Notes under the pieces: model-generated
What the model saw: only the letters and a program-made list of their open reading frames with translations
The model's database searches: none
What the model was told of the DNA's origin: nothing
DNA from: an uncultured bacterium
GTDB taxonomy: Bacteria; Schekmanbacteria; GWA2-38-11; J061
Length of the DNA stretch: 15,667 nucleotides
Direction of reading: 5' to 3'
NCBI GenBank assembly: GCA_964549305.1
Contig: CAZJVM010000058.1
Coordinates: 1-15,667, forward strand
Part shown: one piece after another, positions 11,944 to 15,667 of the stretch
Numbering within the stretch: position 1 is the stretch's first letter
Layout of the letters: each line of letters starts with the position of its first letter
Translations under genes and position numbers: made by a program

Positions 11944-12002
11944 AAAAAAAAGTCTTAAATCTCAATCTGCTGACAAAACCGCAAAACTCAGATAATGAGA
12001 TT
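11944..12002 (-). terminator. Candidate attenuator/terminator between rplL and rpoB
   Basis: The minus strand reads AATCTCA-TT-ATCTG-(19 nt)-CAGAT-TGAGATT, then TAAGAC and T8 directly before the rpoB SD. Confidence 0.4.
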
Positions 12003-12393
12003 ATGATATCTCTACCTCTGCGCCCACAGCTTCAACTTTTTTCTTGATTTCTTCTGCCTCTTCTTTGGGGATTCCTTCCTTAATGGGATTAGGCGCACCG
12101 TCAACAAGGTCTTTCGCTTCTTTGAGTCCAAGTCCCGTAATAGCTCTCACTTCCTTGATTACCTGAATTTTTTTGTCACCAACAGATTTAAGCGTGGCAA
12201 TAAATTCCGTTTTTTCTTCTGCTGCCGCTTCGCCGCCGCCTGCTGCCGCAACTGCGCCTACGGGCATTGCCGCTGCCGCCGTCACACCGAATTTTTCTTC
12301 CAACTCCTTTACAAATTCCGACAATTCAAGAACTGTCATTTCCTCAATGAATTTAATCACCGATTCCTTTGAAATATTTGTTTCTTCAGCCAT
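12001..12393 (-). CDS. rplL: 50S ribosomal protein L7/L12
   Basis: [19 protein letters not shown], Ala/Gly hinge, [24 protein letters not shown]. Confidence 0.99.
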   Translation of the reverse strand: MAEETNISKESVIKFIEEMTVLELSEFVKELEEKFGVTAAAAMPVGAVAAAGGGEAAAEEKTEFIATLKSVGDKKIQVIKEVRAITGLGLKEAKDLVDGAPNPIKEGIPKEEAEEIKKKVEAVGAEVEIS

Positions 12394-12425
12394 TTTAACC
12401 TCTCCTTTTAAATAATCTTAAGTGT

Positions 12426-12941
12426 TTATTTTTTATTTTCTTCTATTGCTTTCAGCACATTCATAAACTTAATCAGCACGCCTCCAAGGACATTAACTGT
12501 CTTCGAAACAGGCGCTTTCATTGAAGATAGCATCTTCGAAAGAAGAACTTCTCTGGGCGGAACCTTGGAAAGCTTTTTAATCTCATCTATTGAAATCACA
12601 TTGCTGTCCCAAATGCCGCCTTTAATCTCAAGTGCAGGATTATTGGCCGAAAAATCCACCAATACTTTAGCCGGAGCAACGGGGTCATCATAACAAAAAG
12701 TGAAACTAACAGGCCCCTGTAAATGGTCATCTAGTTTTTCAAAACCCGTTCCCTTTGAAGCAATTGCGGCAAGCGTGTTTTTTATGACTTTCATCTCACT
12801 GCCGGTTTCTTTAATCTGCTTTCTTAATTCCGTAACCTGCTTAACGTTAAGCCCGCTGTAATCCGCAATAATCCCCAATTGTGAAGATTCAAACTTCTCT
12901 TTAAGTTCGGCTACCACTTTTTCTTTATTTTCTCTTTTCAA
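12426..12941 (-). CDS. rplJ: 50S ribosomal protein L10 (TTG start)
   Basis: DYSGLNVKQVTELRK, VIKNTL, IKGG motifs; strong SD AAGGAGGTG; lies between rplA and rplL. Confidence 0.97.
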   Translation of the reverse strand: MKRENKEKVVAELKEKFESSQLGIIADYSGLNVKQVTELRKQIKETGSEMKVIKNTLAAIASKGTGFEKLDDHLQGPVSFTFCYDDPVAPAKVLVDFSANNPALEIKGGIWDSNVISIDEIKKLSKVPPREVLLSKMLSSMKAPVSKTVNVLGGVLIKFMNVLKAIEENKK

Positions 12942-12972
12942 AACCTACACCTCCTTCCGGCCAAAACCTCTT

Positions 12973-13677
12973 CTATTTAATAGTGTCAAGCGCCTGATTG
13001 ATATCAATTTTGACACCGGCACCCATCGTAGATGACAAAGTTATTTTCTTTACATATTTTCCCTTGCTTGCGGCAGGTTTCTGCTTGACGATTGCCCCAA
13101 GGAGGGAATAGAAGTTTTCAACAAGCTTTTCCACCGAAAACGAAACCTTTCCGAATGTACAGTGGATTATTCCGGCTTTTTCAACCTTAAACTCCACCTG
13201 TCCTTTTTTAAGGTCTCCTATCGCCTTGGCAACATCATTGGTGACGGTGCCTGACTTCGGATTCGGCATCAAACCTCTGGGACCGAGAACTTTCCCGAGT
13301 CTTCCCACAGTGCTCATCATATCAGGCGTTGCAACCGCCTTATCAAACTCCATCCAACCTGATTGGATTTTCTTGACAAAATCATCATTACCTACAAAAT
13401 CAGCACCTGCTTCTTTTGCTTCGATTTCCTTCTCGCCTTTGGCAAACACAAGGATCTTAACCGATTTGCCCGTACCGTTGGGAAGAAGCACCGTGCCCCT
13501 TACCATTTGGTCGGCGTGCTTGGGATTTACTCCCAGATTTATCGCCACATCAAGGCTTTCATCGAATTTACAAAAGGCACTTTCCTTTACCATGGAAATA
13601 GCTTCGCCGATTTCATAAAGTTTTGCCTCATCAACTTTGCTTACCGCTTCTTTGTATTTTTTGCCTGTGGCCGCCAT
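12973..13677 (-). CDS. rplA: 50S ribosomal protein L1
   Basis: [42 protein letters not shown]. Confidence 0.99.
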   Translation of the reverse strand: MAATGKKYKEAVSKVDEAKLYEIGEAISMVKESAFCKFDESLDVAINLGVNPKHADQMVRGTVLLPNGTGKSVKILVFAKGEKEIEAKEAGADFVGNDDFVKKIQSGWMEFDKAVATPDMMSTVGRLGKVLGPRGLMPNPKSGTVTNDVAKAIGDLKKGQVEFKVEKAGIIHCTFGKVSFSVEKLVENFYSLLGAIVKQKPAASKGKYVKKITLSSTMGAGVKIDINQALDTIK

Positions 13678-13707
13678 AACTTCACATGCTCCTTATAATT
13701 TAAAATA

Positions 13708-14136
13708 CTATCCGCTAACCTGAATACCCATACTTCTTGCCGTGCCTTCTATTATCTTGACTGCGGCATCTACGTCATTTGCATTCAGGTCAGGCATTTT
13801 AACCTTGGCAATTTCCTCAACCTGAGCCCTTGTTACACGGGCAACCTTCTCTTTTAGAGGGTCGCCGGACCCTTTGGCAATTCCTGCGGCTTTTTTCAGC
13901 AAAACCGAAGCAGGAGGTGTTTTCGTGATAAAAGTGAACGACCTGTCCTGATACACGGTAATTTCCACGGGTGTCAGCATTCCCGGTTCATTCTTTTGAG
14001 TTTTGGCATTGAAAGCCTTGCAAAACTCCATAATATTGACTCCGTGCTGACCAAGCGCAGGACCTACGGGAGGCGATGGATTAGCCTGCCCCGCGGGTAT
14101 CTGAAGTTTTATCATTGCACTGATTTTTTTAGCCAT
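13708..14136 (-). CDS. rplK: 50S ribosomal protein L11
   Basis: [36 protein letters not shown] and GTARSMG. Confidence 0.99.
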   Translation of the reverse strand: MAKKISAMIKLQIPAGQANPSPPVGPALGQHGVNIMEFCKAFNAKTQKNEPGMLTPVEITVYQDRSFTFITKTPPASVLLKKAAGIAKGSGDPLKEKVARVTRAQVEEIAKVKMPDLNANDVDAAVKIIEGTARSMGIQVSG

Positions 14137-14148
14137 TACACATTCTCC

Positions 14149-14733
14149 TTAGGTGATCCGTTCTATCTGCAAAAAATCAAATTCGACAGGTGTTGCCCTG
14201 CCGAATATGCTTACCATAACTTTTGCCCGTTCTTTTTCGGGATTGAGTTCTTCAACGTGTCCCGTAAATCCGTCAAAAGGTCCGTCAACGATTTTGACCG
14301 CATCACCTTTTGAAAATTTCCTTTTCATCTTAGACGCCTGAGTTCCCGTTTCCTTCTGCTCGATGATTCTCTCGACTTCCTTCCCTGTCAGAGGAGAGGG
14401 TTCGTTCTGGCTTCCCAAAAAACCGGAGACCTTGGGGATATTTTTTATAATCTGCAATATCTCTTTTCTTGCCGGATCTTCAATCGAATTTCCAAGATCC
14501 ATTTCTATAAGAACATAGCCGGGAAAAAATTTTCTGCTCGTAACCTTCTTAACTCCTTTTTTAAGGCTCGTTATATTTTCCGCAGGCACAAGGATTTCTC
14601 CGATTTTCTCGGAAAAAAGTTTATCTTCCTGTTTATCAGATTCTTTTGATTCCCTTAAAAGCTCATCAAGCGCAATCTTTACTTTATTTTCATAACCCGA
14701 ATAGGTGTGGACAACATACCATTTTTTTGCCAT
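14149..14733 (-). CDS. nusG: Transcription termination/antitermination factor NusG
   Basis: WYVVHTYSGYE and FPGYVL (NGN domain); GPFDGFTG and VSIFGRATPVE (KOW domain); secE-nusG-rplK synteny. Confidence 0.98.
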   Translation of the reverse strand: MAKKWYVVHTYSGYENKVKIALDELLRESKESDKQEDKLFSEKIGEILVPAENITSLKKGVKKVTSRKFFPGYVLIEMDLGNSIEDPARKEILQIIKNIPKVSGFLGSQNEPSPLTGKEVERIIEQKETGTQASKMKRKFSKGDAVKIVDGPFDGFTGHVEELNPEKERAKVMVSIFGRATPVEFDFLQIERIT

Positions 14734-14743
14734 TTCCCAATCC

Positions 14744-15286
14744 CTAATTAATTTGATCTTCCTTTTCAGCCGGAGTTTCCGCTTCTTCGTTTATTGATGG
14801 TTCCTGCGAAACAGCGCTTGCAATATTCAAAGTGCTCTTCACGGCAGAAACCGCACCCTGTGAATCCTTTACCTGCAATCTCACGGAATAGGTTCCCGCT
14901 GATTCAAATTTATGTACGATTATCTTATTTTTTGTAAAATTCTTTGCGGGATAATCCCAGGTCCCGTCTCCTTCAAAATCCCATCTAACCTGCAGGTCTC
15001 TGTTGCCGTCTTCGGAATCATAGGAACCCGTTGCGTCAAAGGTGAATGATGTATTCAAATCTCCCGTCTGAGGATTTACGGAAAATACGGCGACGGGCGC
15101 GTCATTGAGAAGCTTTTTGACGCCGCCTGACAGGACTATGTCCACAAGTCCGAGGTAAAACGCTATGACAACCACGACCACTATGACAACCTTTGTCGAA
15201 TCATATGTTTCCGGCTTGGACGGCCAGGTAACCTTTTTGAATTCCTGCCTTATTTCCTGCAAAAAATCCTTTATTTTTTTCAGCAT
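14744..15286 (-). CDS. secE: Preprotein translocase SecE fused to a C-terminal PKD-like domain (180 aa)
   Basis: aa 1-60 form a single-TM SecE (amphipathic helix, EFKKVTWP motif, TM VVIVVVVVIAFYLGLVD). aa 61-155 are PKD-like, followed by an acidic tail. Lies between tRNA-Trp and nusG; SD GAGGA at 15294-15298. Confidence 0.95.
   Translation of the reverse strand: MLKKIKDFLQEIRQEFKKVTWPSKPETYDSTKVVIVVVVVIAFYLGLVDIVLSGGVKKLLNDAPVAVFSVNPQTGDLNTSFTFDATGSYDSEDGNRDLQVRWDFEGDGTWDYPAKNFTKNKIIVHKFESAGTYSVRLQVKDSQGAVSAVKSTLNIASAVSQEPSINEEAETPAEKEDQIN
14822..15106 (-). other. PKD (Ig-like beta-sandwich) domain within SecE
   Basis: Matches the PKD pattern: N-x-A-P-V-A-x-F, F-T-F-D-A-T-G-S-Y-D-x-E-D-G, W-D-F-E-G-D-G, H-K-F-x-x-A-G-T-Y-x-V-x-L-x-V-x-D-x-x-G. 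Confidence 0.88.
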
Positions 15287-15351
15287 TAATTTGTCCTCAT
15301 CACCTTTATTTTTAAAAGCCCCTTTTCCAACGCCGGACTTTGTTCGATTAT

Positions 15352-15426
15352 CAGGCCAGGAGGGATTCGAACCCCCAGCCCCCGGATTTGGAGTCCGGCG
15401 CTCTATCCAGTTAGAGCTACTGGCCT
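15352..15426 (-). tRNA. trpT: tRNA-Trp (anticodon CCA), 3' CCA not encoded
   Basis: Full cloverleaf: AGGCCAG TA GCTC TAACTGGATA GAGC G CCGGA CT-CCA-AA TCCGG GGGCT GGGGG TTCGAAT CCCTC CTGGCCT G. Discriminator G; typical rpmG-tRNA-Trp-secE position. Confidence 0.97.
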
Positions 15427-15436
15427 ACTAAAAGAC

Positions 15437-15592
15437 TCATTTTGTCTCTTTATGCGCCGTATGGCATTTGCAAAAACGGCAATACTTGGAAAATTCAAGT
15501 TTATCAGTTGTCGTTCTCTTATTCTTGGTTGTCGTGTAATTCCTTCGTTTGCACTGACCACAAGCCAAAATAACCGTTATTCTATCACCCAT
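15437..15592 (-). CDS. rpmG: 50S ribosomal protein L33 (51 aa, Zn-ribbon form)
   Basis: Read manually; absent from the ORF track. [51 protein letters not shown], with two CxxC pairs. Confidence 0.97.
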   Translation of the reverse strand: MGDRITVILACGQCKRRNYTTTKNKRTTTDKLEFSKYCRFCKCHTAHKETK

Positions 15593-15612
15593 TTTATTTA
15601 AATTACCCTCTC

Positions 15613-15667
15613 TTACTTTATAACTTCACTTACAACGCCTGCGCCTACTGTTCTTCCGCCTTCCCTT
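15613..15667 (-). CDS. tuf: Elongation factor Tu, C-terminal fragment (enters from the right edge)
   Basis: The minus strand gives [17 protein letters not shown], the EF-Tu C-terminus; tuf-rpmG synteny. Confidence 0.95.
   Translation of the reverse strand, partial: REGGRTVGAGVVSEVIK

Noticed and set aside
12220-12285. GC-rich GCN repeats in rplL
   Set aside because: They encode the normal Ala/Gly hinge of L7/L12.
12984-12989. Perfect TTGACA at the rplA 3' end as a possible rplJ promoter
   Set aside because: No -10-like hexamer lies 16-18 nt downstream.
41-15300. Tiny ATG-initiated ORFs next to several start sites (M-E-D before tuf, M-P at rpoC, M-stop before rplA, M-C-N-G at rplK, M-R-T-N before secE)
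   Set aside because: The ATGs overlap the SD or sit too close to it for efficient initiation, and this frequency is plausible by chance in AT-rich spacers.
15313-15326. AAAAG-GGG-CTTTT mini-hairpin after tRNA-Trp as a terminator
   Set aside because: A 5-bp mostly A-U stem with a 3-nt loop is too weak, and it is followed by an A-run rather than a U-tract.
866-15431. All + strand ORFs in the track (e.g. 1202-1696, 2138-2575, 3872-4348, 10970-11536, 15165-15431)
   Set aside because: They lie antisense to highly conserved genes or the tRNA, have Ser/Phe/Ile-rich shadow composition, and show no recognisable motifs.

Overview
A core bacterial housekeeping cluster lying entirely on the minus strand. 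In transcription order it reads: tuf (3' end only) - rpmG - tRNA-Trp(CCA) - secE - nusG - rplK - rplA - rplJ - rplL - rpoB - rpoC - rpsL - rpsG - fusA - tuf (5' end only). I found no mobile elements, CRISPR arrays or accessory genes, and the + strand ORFs are antisense shadows. The interest lies inside the conserved genes. (1) SecE is fused in frame to a C-terminal PKD (Ig-like) domain, which would sit on the outer face of the SecYEG translocon. (2) RNA polymerase beta' carries an inserted C2H2 zinc finger resembling the Ros/MucR type in the clamp region. (3) Beta carries an 8-Cys insertion, a 13-aa insertion and an extra BBM2-like module nested in the beta-i11 insertion. (4) Normally conserved trigger-helix and fork-loop-adjacent residues are substituted. 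(5) NusG has two short insertions. (6) The spacers are too short to hold the usual L10 or L1 autoregulatory leaders. The RNAP insertion pattern suggests a diderm lineage near Acidobacteriota/Nitrospinota/Nitrospirota/deltaproteobacteria-like groups (inference only). All comparisons to reference proteins are from memory; no searches were run.
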